Below, piece after piece: positions 39,805-49,111 of a DNA stretch of 64,000 nt (its first letter is position 1; each line of letters starts with the position of its first letter). The DNA is from a bacterium (lineage in GTDB: Bacteria > Patescibacteriota > Minisyncoccia > Moranbacterales > GWC2-37-73), in assembly GCA_003251635.1 (NCBI GenBank), contig QKEW01000001.1, positions 15,588 through 79,587 of the forward strand. Reading direction: 5' to 3'. The translations under genes and the position numbers were made by a program. Under the pieces are notes generated by a model that ran no database searches, was not told the origin of the DNA, and worked only from the letters and a program-made list of their open reading frames with translations.

Positions 39805-40977
39805 ATGCGTATCGGAATTGATGCTCGAACGATTTTGAGCCCGGAAAAAAGCTATGCGATCGGCAGCGGTCACTATACCTACCAATTGATCCGCCATTTG
39901 CTTAAAATTGACCAGAAGAATGAATATGTCTTATTCTTTGATTTTCGAGTGCGGGAAAAAGATATCAAGAAGTTTACTCAATCCAACGTTAAGATAAAGT
40001 TTTACCCTTTTTCTGATTATAAGAAATATTTGCCAGCCATGTACAGTGAAATTTTGGGCTTGGCTACCTTGCAGAGAGAGAAATTGGATGTTTTGCATTC
40101 CACTTCTCAATTCAGTCGGATTCCTAGCGGTTATCGGGGGAAAACGGTGACAACTTTCAATGATTTGATTTCTTTTTGTGCGCCGCAATATCTGCCTTCG
40201 GCTAAAAAAATCAGAGACAAAGCCCTGACCAAATTTATGGCCAAAAAGACGGACAAGATCATTGTTAGTTCAAATTCTCTGAAAAATGAAATGGAAAGCT
40301 GTTTGGGGGTTAGTCAGGACAAGATAGAAATTGTTCCTAGTGGATTGGATCAGCGTTTTTTTGAGCAACCATTAGGTGACTCAGAAAAAGTTTTGGCCAA
40401 ATTCGGTATTGAGAAAAAATACATTTTATTTTTAGGAACTTTGGAGCCATCCAAAAACATTACCAGATTGTTACAGGCTTTTGCCAAGGTGAAAAATAAT
40501 TTTAAAGATAAGGGTCAAAAATTCAACTATCAATTGGTTCTAGCTGGCAAGAAAGGTTGGTTGGCCAATGAATATTTGCAAATAATTGATGATTTGGGCT
40601 TGAAAAAAGACGTCGTATTTACTGGTTATGTGATTGGCGATGAATTGGTGCCGCTTTTCCGTCGAGCTGAATTTTTTGTGATGCCTTCTTTGTATGAAGG
40701 TTTTGGTCTGACGGTTTTGGAAGCTTTTGCTACTCAAACTGCTTCGATAATTTCAGACATTCCGTCCTTGGCGGAGATTGCCCAAGGGGCAGCCGAGTTG
40801 GTAAATCCTTTGGATGTTGATTCTATTGTAGCTGGCATGGAAAAAATTATGCGGGACGAAAACTATAAAAATGTTTTGCGCCAAAAAGCCTTGAAAGTGG
40901 CCCAGGAATTCGATTGGCTCAAAACCGCCCAAAAGACACTGCAGGTGTATCAGAACCTTTTGGAAAGTAGCAAATAA
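39805..40977 (+). CDS. GT4 family glycosyltransferase
   Basis: MRIGIDAR, GTLEPSKN and PSLYEGFGL..LEA. Confidence 0.92.
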   Translation: MRIGIDARTILSPEKSYAIGSGHYTYQLIRHLLKIDQKNEYVLFFDFRVREKDIKKFTQSNVKIKFYPFSDYKKYLPAMYSEILGLATLQREKLDVLHSTSQFSRIPSGYRGKTVTTFNDLISFCAPQYLPSAKKIRDKALTKFMAKKTDKIIVSSNSLKNEMESCLGVSQDKIEIVPSGLDQRFFEQPLGDSEKVLAKFGIEKKYILFLGTLEPSKNITRLLQAFAKVKNNFKDKGQKFNYQLVLAGKKGWLANEYLQIIDDLGLKKDVVFTGYVIGDELVPLFRRAEFFVMPSLYEGFGLTVLEAFATQTASIISDIPSLAEIAQGAAELVNPLDVDSIVAGMEKIMRDENYKNVLRQKALKVAQEFDWLKTAQKTLQVYQNLLESSK

Positions 40978-40998
40978 ATTTAAACGAAAAATAAAACT

Positions 40999-43956
40999 AT
41001 GAGTTTTAGGAAAGTTGATCCTAGGCAAACTTTACCTCAAATGGAGGAGGAAGTTTTGAAGTTTTGGAATGAAAATAAGATTTTTGAAAAAAGTTTGGAG
41101 AATAGACAAGGCTCTTCCGAATTTAGTTTTTATGACGGGCCGCCTTTTGCTACGGGCACTCCTCATTATGGACACTTAGTGGCCAGCACCATGAAAGATG
41201 TGGTGCCTCGGTATTGGACAATGCGTGGTTATAGGGTTGAAAGAAAATGGGGTTGGGATTGTCATGGATTACCGATTGAAAATATCGTGGAAAAAGAATT
41301 AGGCTCCAAGACTAAAAAGGATATCGAAAAAATTGGAGTAAAAAAATTCAATGAAATTTGTCGAACCAAAGTTTTGACCTATGTGGATGAATGGGAAAAA
41401 GTGATTGGCCGACTTGGACGTTGGGCTGATATGAAAAATGCTTACCGAACCATGGATAAAGATTACATGGAGAGTGTTTGGTGGGTTTTCAAACAGCTTT
41501 GGGACAAAGGCTTGATCTATGAAGATTATCGTTCCATGCACATCTGTCCTCGTTGTGAGACGACTTTGTCTCAGCAGGAAGTTTCCGAGGGATACAAGGA
41601 TATTAAAGACCTGAGTGTTATTGCTGAGTTTGAATTGGTGGATGAACCGGGAACTTACGTTTTGGCTTGGACGACTACGCCCTGGACGTTGCCAGGCAAC
41701 GTGGCTTTGGCGGTAGGTGAAGATATTGATTATGTGAAAATCGAAAAGAAAGATGAGGGCATTGGAGAATTGGTTAGATTTATTCTTTCTAAAGATAGAA
41801 TAAATGAGATTTTAAAAGACGATGATTATAAAATTGTCAAAGAATTTAAGGGCAATGATTTAGTAGGTAAAAAATATAAGCCGCTATTTGATTTTTACGC
41901 TAAAGACGAAAAATTGGAGAACAGGGAAAATGGTTGGAAGATTTATGCCGGGGATTTTGTGACGACTGATGAGGGAACCGGGGTGGTGCATATTGCGCCG
42001 GCTTTCGGTGAAGATGATATGCGCCTGGGCAAAGAAAATAATTTGCCATTTGTGCAGCACGTGGCCATGGATGGAACTTTCAAAAAAGAAATGGGCGAGT
42101 TGGCCGGGCTTAACGTGAAGCCGATTGATAATCACCAAGCTACGGACGTGGAGATAATCAAATATTTAGCCAAAAACAAAGCGCTTTTTTCCAAGGAAAA
42201 ATATGAACATAGCTATCCGCATTGTTGGCGTTGCGATACTCCCTTGATTAACTATGCCACCACTTCTTGGTTTGTGGCTGTGACTAAAATAAAAGATCAA
42301 ATTTTGAAATTGGCTGAAAATATCAATTGGTTTCCCACTCACATCAAAGAGGGTCGTTTTGGTAAATGGTTGGAAGGAGCGCGCGATTGGTCAATTTCTC
42401 GCCAGCGCTTCTGGGCTAGTGTTATTCCGGTTTGGCGCTGCGAATGCGGAGAGTTGAAAGTTTTTGGTAGCGTGGCTGAGTTGGAAAAAATATCCGGTCA
42501 AAAAATATCTGATATTCACAAACACGTGGTTGACGAAATAACTTTCGAGTGTGAAAAATGCCAAAAAACAATGAAGCGGGTGCCGGATGTTTTGGATACC
42601 TGGTTTGATAGTGGTTCTATGCCTTACGCCCAAGCGCATTATCCGTTTGAGAATAAGGAAAAATTTGAACAGAGTTTCCCGGCTCAATTTATTGCGGAAG
42701 GTCAAGATCAAACCCGAGCCTGGTTTTATTATTTGCACACGATTTCCAGCGCTATTTTTGATAGCGAGGCTTTTAAGAATGTCATTGTCAACGGAATAGT
42801 TTTAGCTGAGGATGGCAAGAAAATGTCCAAACGTCTGAAGAATTATCCCGATGTCGGATTTATTTTTGAAAAGTATGGAGCGGATGCCTTGCGACTTTAT
42901 TTGATGAGTTCGCCGGTTGTTTCGGCTCAAAATTTGAACTTTTCCGAAAAAGAAGTGGCGGAATTTGTGCGCGGAACATTGCGAATGCTTTGGAATTCTT
43001 ATTCCTTTTTCATTCTTTATGCCAGGGTCGACGGTTTTGAGCCAACCAGGCAGAATGAAAAATCGGAAAATATTTTGGATCGCTGGATTTTGAGCGAACT
43101 CAACATTTTGATTGAACAGGTCAATCAAAATATGGAGAAATATGATCTGGCAACCACCTCCAGATTGTTTGCTCCCTTTGTGGATAATCTTTCCAATTGG
43201 TTTATTCGCCGCTCTCGTGATCGATTTTGGAAGCCGGCCGAAAAAGTGGTTGAAAATGAATCGCACCAAAAAACTTTCGATGGCGATAAGGAAAATGCTT
43301 ATCGAACTTTGCATGAAGTGTTGGTAAAATTGTCTCAGGTCATGGCCCCCTTCACGCCTTTTATTAGTGAAGAAATTTATAGAAATCTGACCAATGAGGA
43401 GTCGGTTCATTTGAGTGATTTTCCAGCGGTTAATTTGGACTGCGTGGATAATTCCTTGAGGGAAGAAATGAAGACGGTCCGTGAAATTGTTAGTCAGGGT
43501 CTGCAGCTTCGAGCTCAAAACAAAATCAAAGTTCGTCAACCTTTGCGATCAATTTCTATTAATCAAGAAAAAGAAAAATTGATAAACAGGGAAGAATATT
43601 TGCAGATAATCAAAGAGGAATTGAACCTAAAAGAGGTTGAATTTGTTTCTTTGGAAAATAATGCTGAAGAAATGGTTGTTTTGGACAGCGAAATAACTGT
43701 CGAGCTTCAGTTGGAAGGCATGGCTCGCGAAATTGTGCGCTTTGTTCAGGAAATGCGAAAGAAAGCTGACTATCAGGTGGAAAATCGTATTCGAATTTGG
43801 CATTTGGGCGGTGAAAAAGTTTTTGAAAAATTCGGAAGCTTGATTGCCAAGGAAACTTTAGCCACGGAAATAGTTTCCGGATTAATTGATGATTTTGATC
43901 AGCAAAAAGAAATTGACTTGGAGGGAGAAAAAATAACTTTGCAAATAAAAAAGTAA
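40999..43956 (+). CDS. ileS: Isoleucine--tRNA ligase (type 2-like)
   Basis: YDGPPFATG.PHYGH, GWDCHGLP, WTTTPWTLP, EG.DQTR.WF and KMSK. Confidence 0.96.
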   Translation: MSFRKVDPRQTLPQMEEEVLKFWNENKIFEKSLENRQGSSEFSFYDGPPFATGTPHYGHLVASTMKDVVPRYWTMRGYRVERKWGWDCHGLPIENIVEKELGSKTKKDIEKIGVKKFNEICRTKVLTYVDEWEKVIGRLGRWADMKNAYRTMDKDYMESVWWVFKQLWDKGLIYEDYRSMHICPRCETTLSQQEVSEGYKDIKDLSVIAEFELVDEPGTYVLAWTTTPWTLPGNVALAVGEDIDYVKIEKKDEGIGELVRFILSKDRINEILKDDDYKIVKEFKGNDLVGKKYKPLFDFYAKDEKLENRENGWKIYAGDFVTTDEGTGVVHIAPAFGEDDMRLGKENNLPFVQHVAMDGTFKKEMGELAGLNVKPIDNHQATDVEIIKYLAKNKALFSKEKYEHSYPHCWRCDTPLINYATTSWFVAVTKIKDQILKLAENINWFPTHIKEGRFGKWLEGARDWSISRQRFWASVIPVWRCECGELKVFGSVAELEKISGQKISDIHKHVVDEITFECEKCQKTMKRVPDVLDTWFDSGSMPYAQAHYPFENKEKFEQSFPAQFIAEGQDQTRAWFYYLHTISSAIFDSEAFKNVIVNGIVLAEDGKKMSKRLKNYPDVGFIFEKYGADALRLYLMSSPVVSAQNLNFSEKEVAEFVRGTLRMLWNSYSFFILYARVDGFEPTRQNEKSENILDRWILSELNILIEQVNQNMEKYDLATTSRLFAPFVDNLSNWFIRRSRDRFWKPAEKVVENESHQKTFDGDKENAYRTLHEVLVKLSQVMAPFTPFISEEIYRNLTNEESVHLSDFPAVNLDCVDNSLREEMKTVREIVSQGLQLRAQNKIKVRQPLRSISINQEKEKLINREEYLQIIKEELNLKEVEFVSLENNAEEMVVLDSEITVELQLEGMAREIVRFVQEMRKKADYQVENRIRIWHLGGEKVFEKFGSLIAKETLATEIVSGLIDDFDQQKEIDLEGEKITLQIKK

Positions 43957-44020
43957 GCTGTTTTTGGAGAGATTTAATGAATATGCTACTATTAAGTTTA
44001 GATTTATAACTTTTGCAAAA

Positions 44021-44542
44021 ATGGATTTAGCACAAATAAAAAAAACTTATCTGCTTGAATTGGAAAAAGAATTGAAAAAAGTGCCCGAGGGACTTCATTG
44101 GCGCGCGCCTGAATTTGAGGTGGTGCAAAAGAGTTGGTATTGGTATCTGCTCATGATGTTGTTTCTTTTGGGAATTGTGACTTATGCACTTTTTGTGGAT
44201 AGCCCGATAATGGCCATAACTTTCATTTTGGTTGGAATTGTCGGCTATCTGCATTTGCAAAAACAGCCAAGAATTTTGGATTTCAAGATCAGCGGCGAAG
44301 GCGTTCAAGCTGGTCGGGATTTTTATGATTTTGAAAATGTTGAATCTTTTTGGATTTTTTATCATCCGTCGGAGATTAAATCAATAAGTTTGAGAACCAA
44401 GAACTCGGTAATTCCTTTTGTGCACATTCCTTTGGGCGATCAAGATCCCGTAGTGGCCCGCGACTTCCTCACTCGTTTCTTGAAAGAAAAAAAACAGACG
44501 CCAAGCTTTGTGAATGCGCTTGAAAGACTTTTTCATGTTTGA
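44021..44542 (+). CDS. Conserved 2-TM membrane protein with PH-like C-terminus
   Basis: W.APEF....KS.WY pattern, two TM helices, then ESFWI. Confidence 0.7.
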   Translation: MDLAQIKKTYLLELEKELKKVPEGLHWRAPEFEVVQKSWYWYLLMMLFLLGIVTYALFVDSPIMAITFILVGIVGYLHLQKQPRILDFKISGEGVQAGRDFYDFENVESFWIFYHPSEIKSISLRTKNSVIPFVHIPLGDQDPVVARDFLTRFLKEKKQTPSFVNALERLFHV

Positions 44543-44644
44543 TGCGGAATCCAGCGGTCGGGGGTTGCTTTTTTAAGGTTTTTGCGCTAGTTTAGTTAGG
44601 ATTGATTTGATGGAATTTATGGTTTAGCGGGTTTTGGGAAATTT

Positions 44645-44717
44645 GCTCTCGTAGCTCAGTGGATAGAGCGTCTGGTTGCGGTCCAGAAGGTCGTAGGTTC
44701 GACTCCTGCCGGGAGCA
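44645..44717 (+). tRNA. tRNA-Arg(GCG), CCA not encoded
   Basis: GCTCTCGTAGCTCAGTGGATAGAGCG-TCTGG-TT-GCG-GT-CCAGA-AGGTCGTAGGTTCGACTCCTGCCGGGAGCA, followed by CAA. Confidence 0.95.
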
Positions 44718-44762
44718 CAACAGAAATTATCTTATCAGATAAACTTTTTAAAAATAAAATAT

Positions 44763-45260
44763 ATGTTTGGAAAACTTTTTTCCGGGGCCATGGAAAAGCT
44801 TAAATCGGAAAAAGGCGCTGTGCCTGTTTCGCCTTCTCCCTTGGCTGAACCTGAAGTGAGGGCGGCAAATTTAAAAATACCGAAAGCAACCAAAGTTCCT
44901 GAGGGGGAAATTGATCTCCCGGTGGGAGATTTTATACTAAAAGGAGTTAAGGATAAAATAAAAATCCCAAACAGGGATGAGGTGTATCAAAAATATTTTT
45001 CTCACGACTCTTTCTTGCATGAGATATTTAAAATAAAAGAGTCTAATTTTACAGTAGAAAAAAATCCACAGCTTAATGAAAAAGGCTATTACTATCTTTT
45101 TGCCACAGTTTTAAAAATAAATCCAAACATTTCGCAGTTAAGAGAAGTTGCCGAGCAGGGTGGTTGGGTAGTAACTGAAGGAGCTAGATATTATCTGTTT
45201 GAAAAAGAGGTCGGACCGGAATATTTTGCCAAAAAATCTTCCAATGAAACGGTGCACTGA
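44763..45260 (+). CDS. Hypothetical protein
   Basis: 165-aa ATG ORF downstream of the tRNA; no motif recognised. Confidence 0.6.
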   Translation: MFGKLFSGAMEKLKSEKGAVPVSPSPLAEPEVRAANLKIPKATKVPEGEIDLPVGDFILKGVKDKIKIPNRDEVYQKYFSHDSFLHEIFKIKESNFTVEKNPQLNEKGYYYLFATVLKINPNISQLREVAEQGGWVVTEGARYYLFEKEVGPEYFAKKSSNETVH

Positions 45261-45350
45261 TCTGTCGATCGGATTTAAAAATCTTCAAAAATAAAAATAA
45301 TGTCAGCACGTCCGTACTTACGTCTGTCAGTACGTGAACTTGGGTGTGCA

Positions 45351-45392
45351 AAAAGAAAACCGGCCACGCGATGGTTGTCATCGGCGGCCGGC
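45351..45392 (-). terminator. Intrinsic terminator
   Basis: Minus strand reads GCCGGCCGCCGATG..CATCGCGTGGCCGG-TTTTCTTTT. Confidence 0.65.
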
Positions 45393-45402
45393 TTGTGTGT
45401 GC

Positions 45403-45534
45403 CTAACTGTATTTAATAGTTCTTCTTGCGAACTCTTCCTCACTCGTTTCTGGTGGTTGACTAAGTGTAAGATTTCTACCGGCTGATTTGTTGAAGCGAG
45501 GACCTTTTTGATTAAATTTTTTATTTTCTTTCAT
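45403..45534 (-). CDS. Small basic 43-aa peptide
   Basis: GGGAG Shine-Dalgarno, upstream promoter and downstream terminator. Confidence 0.45.
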   Translation of the reverse strand: MKENKKFNQKGPRFNKSAGRNLTLSQPPETSEEEFARRTIKYS

Positions 45535-45650
45535 AAACACAACTCCCTTCTTTTTTACAGACGGCATGTTTATAAAGATAACCAAAAACCCGCCTTATGA
45601 GCGGGAACCCTATATATTTAAAAGGACCAAACTTTATCCCTTATCTTTCT

Positions 45651-45679
45651 ATCTTAGCATATTTTGAGCCTTTTGGCAA
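45651..45679 (-). promoter_or_regulatory. Sigma70-type promoter
   Basis: TTGCCA, 17 bp spacer, TG-c-TAAGAT on the minus strand. Confidence 0.55.
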
Positions 45680-45698
45680 GGGGCGCCAAATTTGAAAA

Positions 45699-46451
45699 TT
45701 AACGATTGATTTCTTGGCGAGCCAGAACAACGGCGAAAATCTCACTGGCTCCGGCTTCACGCAAAACCTCGGCACATTCAAAGATGGTGGCGCCGGTGGT
45801 GGCGATGTCGTCGATTAGCAAGATGCGTTTTTGGCGAATTTTTTCGGGATCAATAATCTTAAAAGCGTTTTTTAAATTGAGATAGCGTTTTTGGTAATTT
45901 TTAATTTTCATTTGTGAATCGGTAAACCTGATTCTTTGCAAAGTTTTCGAATCCAGAGAAATTTCAAAATTGGGTGTTAGGTTTTGGCTGACTTGCTTTG
46001 CTAACAAGTGGGATTGATTGAAACCTCGCCAACGCTCTCGGCGTGGATGCAATGGTACTGGTAAAATAAGATCCGGCAAGGGAATTGAAGAGCTGCCGAT
46101 TTTTTCGGTCAAGATTTTTCCCAGTGGGATAGCCAAATCCGAAACAAAACGATATTTGAAGTTGTGGATGGTTTGGCGCAGTTGGCGATCTTGATAGGAG
46201 GCACAAACTAAAAGTCCGTCCAAGGGAGAATCTGGTCGACAGTGGTGGCAAACTTTTCCATCCGGGGTTAAATTTTTTTCACACTTTGGACAAACTTGTT
46301 CAGTTGAAGTTTTGATTTTTTGGCGACAGTTTGAGCAAAGCCAATGGTTTTCCTTTTGACAGCCCAGGCAATTAATCGGAAAAAGACAGTCAAGAAAAAC
46401 TTCGTGCAATTTTCGACTGATTCGCCCAAGTCCTTTTTTGGAAGCTTTCAT
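45699..46451 (-). CDS. ComF family phosphoribosyltransferase-like competence protein
   Basis: Double Zn ribbon, PVPLH..R...RGFNQS and LLIDDIATTGAT. Confidence 0.92.
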   Translation of the reverse strand: MKASKKGLGRISRKLHEVFLDCLFPINCLGCQKENHWLCSNCRQKIKTSTEQVCPKCEKNLTPDGKVCHHCRPDSPLDGLLVCASYQDRQLRQTIHNFKYRFVSDLAIPLGKILTEKIGSSSIPLPDLILPVPLHPRRERWRGFNQSHLLAKQVSQNLTPNFEISLDSKTLQRIRFTDSQMKIKNYQKRYLNLKNAFKIIDPEKIRQKRILLIDDIATTGATIFECAEVLREAGASEIFAVVLARQEINR

Positions 46452-46470
46452 CTAAAAAAGATCAAAAAAA

Positions 46471-48963
46471 TTATTTAGCTATGACCTTGTCTTTTTTTAA
46501 GTCTAGGGAAATCGTTTTTTTATGGGGATTTTCCAGAATAAAGCGGGCAATTTCCAATTCCAGGATATCTTGAATATTTTTTCCAACCAAGCGACCCCCG
46601 TATTCAGCCACATGACTTTTTTGAGCTAGGAATTTTTTTAGCGAAGCAGCTACCTTCAAAGAAAGTCCTTGTTTTTTGAGTCTTTGGATGAGATTGCCAA
46701 TTTGCAGATCAACAATTTTCAGAATGTCTTTTTCCGAAAGGGCTTCAAAAATAATCAGATGGTCGAGACGGTTGAGAATTTCCGGTTTGAGATAGTGGGA
46801 AATTTTCTTGATTACATCGGATTTGAGATGATTAAGTTGGGATTGTTGTTTGGAATCCGGGTTTTCTTTTTCAAAAAATCCTAATCGAGCGCCTTGAGTC
46901 AATTCCAAAGTTCCGACATTGGAAGTCAGGATTATGATGGTATTGCGAAAATCAACTCTTTGACCTTCGGCATCAGTCAAAAATCCATCTTCCAAAATTT
47001 GCAGCAGAATGTTGAGAATTTCCGGATGGGCTTTTTCAACTTCATCAAAGAGAATAAGGCTATAGGGATTATGACGCACCCTTTCGGTCAGGGTTCCGCC
47101 TTCGCCAAAACCGATGTAACCGGCCGGCGCTCCCACTAGGCGGGCCACTGTGTGTTTTTCGCTAAATTCACTCATGTCAATCTTGATGATGGAATTGTTG
47201 TCGGAAAATATTTCTTGGGCTAAAATTTTGGCGGTCAGAGTTTTGCCGCTGCCACTGGGACCTAAAAACAAAAAGGAGCCGATCGGTTTGTCCGGGTTGG
47301 TGATTCCACTGAAAGAGCGCAGCAGAACATCGGAAATTGTCCGGATGGCTTTTTCCTGACCAATGATGCTGCGGCCCATTTTTGTTTCTATGTTTTTGAT
47401 TTGACGCCGATCTTGGTTGATGGCTATTTTTTCTTTGGGGATTCGGGTGATGCGAGCAATGGTTTCAATGATGTCTTTTTCGGTCAAAATCAAAGAATTG
47501 TCATTTTCTTGTTCAATTTTCTTTTTGAGTCCGGCTACTTGCTCCAAAAGCTCTTTTTCTTTTTCCTGTTGCAATAGGGCCTGTTCATATTGCTGGTTTT
47601 GAGTCAAAGCTTCCTTTTCTTTGAGGGATTTTTTAATTTGCAATTTGAAACTTTGAATTTGCTTGGTCTGCTCAAAAGAAACGGAATGATTTTTGAGCAC
47701 AGCCGCGCTTTCATCCAGGATATCGATAGCTTTGTCCGGCAAAAATCGGTCATTGATATAGCGCGAGCTCAGTTCAACTGCACTATCAATGGCTTGATCG
47801 GAAATGGAGAGGTGGTGGAATTTTTCGTACTGACTTTTGATTTTGCGCAGCATTTCTTTGGCTTGCTCCACAGAAGGTTCGGCCAATTTGATGGTTTGAA
47901 AACGACGAGCCAGGGCGCTGTCTTTTTCAATATATTTTTTGTATTCACCATAAGTGGTGGCGCCAATACATTGGATTTGGCCGGAAGAAAGAGCGGGTTT
48001 GAGAATGTTGGCCGCGTCCAGTCCGCCTTGAGTATTGCCAGCTCCAACGATAATGTGAAGTTCATCAATAAATAAAATCACATTGGGATTTTGAGAGGCT
48101 TGGTTGATGATTTCCTTGAGTCGATTTTCAAATTCACCGCGAAAGGTTGTGCCAGCTACCACTAGAGCGATATCCAATGAGAAAATTATTTTATCCGCCA
48201 AATAGGCCGGTACTTGTCCGGAATTAATTTTTTGCGCCAAAGCTAAAACCAAAGCGGTTTTACCAACGCCGGGCTGACCGATTAGCAGTGGGTTGTTTTT
48301 AGTTTTGCGTCCCAAGATGTGGATCAATCTTTCCAGTTCTTCTTGGCGACCACTCAATGTTTCCTTGCTTTTAGTTATTTGCTGATTTAGGTTGCTGCAA
48401 AATTGTTGCAAAAAATTTAGACTGGAAGAGTTGGTTTCCGGTTTGGTTGGAATCTTCATTTGCGGAAATTGCATGGAAGCTGAAAAATCAAGCGGGCTTT
48501 CGTCAAAAGGCAAAGCGCTTAAAAGATTTTTGAGATTTTGAAGACTTTTTTGCGAAAGAGATTTATTTTGCCAGATTTTTTTGATTTCCAAATCGTTTGA
48601 TTCCAGCAGAACATGAATCAAATGCTCGGTTCCGATGTAGGGATAGTTCAAATCGCTGGCTAAAGAAAAAGCATCGGTAATGAGCACGCGTAAATTCTTG
48701 GATAGACCCGGCCTGATGGTGGCAACTGATTTGTTGATCGATTTGGAATTTTTTTTGGGCAAAATCTGATTGAAGTGAGTTTTGCGAACCCCGGCATCCT
48801 TGAGCATGTTGGCGCCCAAACTACCTTCTTCCAAATAGATAGCTAAAAGCAGGTGAATCGGTTTGACCTGGGAGCTATGGTAGTGCGCAGCTAAAGCAGC
48901 AGCTTCATTAAGGCTCTTTTTAGCGTGCAAAGTCATTTTGTCGAATATTTCAGCTTGGAACAT
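46471..48963 (-). CDS. clpC: ClpC-like AAA+ chaperone/Clp protease ATPase
   Basis: Clp N repeats, GQPGVGKT, FIDELH, DRFLPDKAID, GPSGSGKT, IDMSEF and FDEVEKAHP. Confidence 0.88.
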   Translation of the reverse strand: MFQAEIFDKMTLHAKKSLNEAAALAAHYHSSQVKPIHLLLAIYLEEGSLGANMLKDAGVRKTHFNQILPKKNSKSINKSVATIRPGLSKNLRVLITDAFSLASDLNYPYIGTEHLIHVLLESNDLEIKKIWQNKSLSQKSLQNLKNLLSALPFDESPLDFSASMQFPQMKIPTKPETNSSSLNFLQQFCSNLNQQITKSKETLSGRQEELERLIHILGRKTKNNPLLIGQPGVGKTALVLALAQKINSGQVPAYLADKIIFSLDIALVVAGTTFRGEFENRLKEIINQASQNPNVILFIDELHIIVGAGNTQGGLDAANILKPALSSGQIQCIGATTYGEYKKYIEKDSALARRFQTIKLAEPSVEQAKEMLRKIKSQYEKFHHLSISDQAIDSAVELSSRYINDRFLPDKAIDILDESAAVLKNHSVSFEQTKQIQSFKLQIKKSLKEKEALTQNQQYEQALLQQEKEKELLEQVAGLKKKIEQENDNSLILTEKDIIETIARITRIPKEKIAINQDRRQIKNIETKMGRSIIGQEKAIRTISDVLLRSFSGITNPDKPIGSFLFLGPSGSGKTLTAKILAQEIFSDNNSIIKIDMSEFSEKHTVARLVGAPAGYIGFGEGGTLTERVRHNPYSLILFDEVEKAHPEILNILLQILEDGFLTDAEGQRVDFRNTIIILTSNVGTLELTQGARLGFFEKENPDSKQQSQLNHLKSDVIKKISHYLKPEILNRLDHLIIFEALSEKDILKIVDLQIGNLIQRLKKQGLSLKVAASLKKFLAQKSHVAEYGGRLVGKNIQDILELEIARFILENPHKKTISLDLKKDKVIAK

Positions 48964-49111
48964 GGTTTAAAAATTGGTTAAAATCTTAAAAATATCCATT
49001 GGTATATTCTATTTTTATTAGCTTTAAATGTCAACTGACTAGACCTATTTGGACATTGGACATTTACGCTATAAAGTTGTAATATAGAGTGTGATTTTTT
49101 TTGAATTTTTT

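Noticed and set aside
45301-45336. Three imperfect 12-bp units (TGTCAGCACGTC-like) and ORF 45184-45381
   Set aside because: The repeat is too short and degenerate to support a function, and the ORF lacks translation signals.
44700-45700. Genomic islet integrated at tRNA-Arg
   Set aside because: I found no duplicated tRNA 3' end and no integrase.
49025-49066. CtsR-like repeat (GGACATT x2) between clpC and uvrB
   Set aside because: Poor match to the GGTCAAA heptad consensus and no ctsR in the window.
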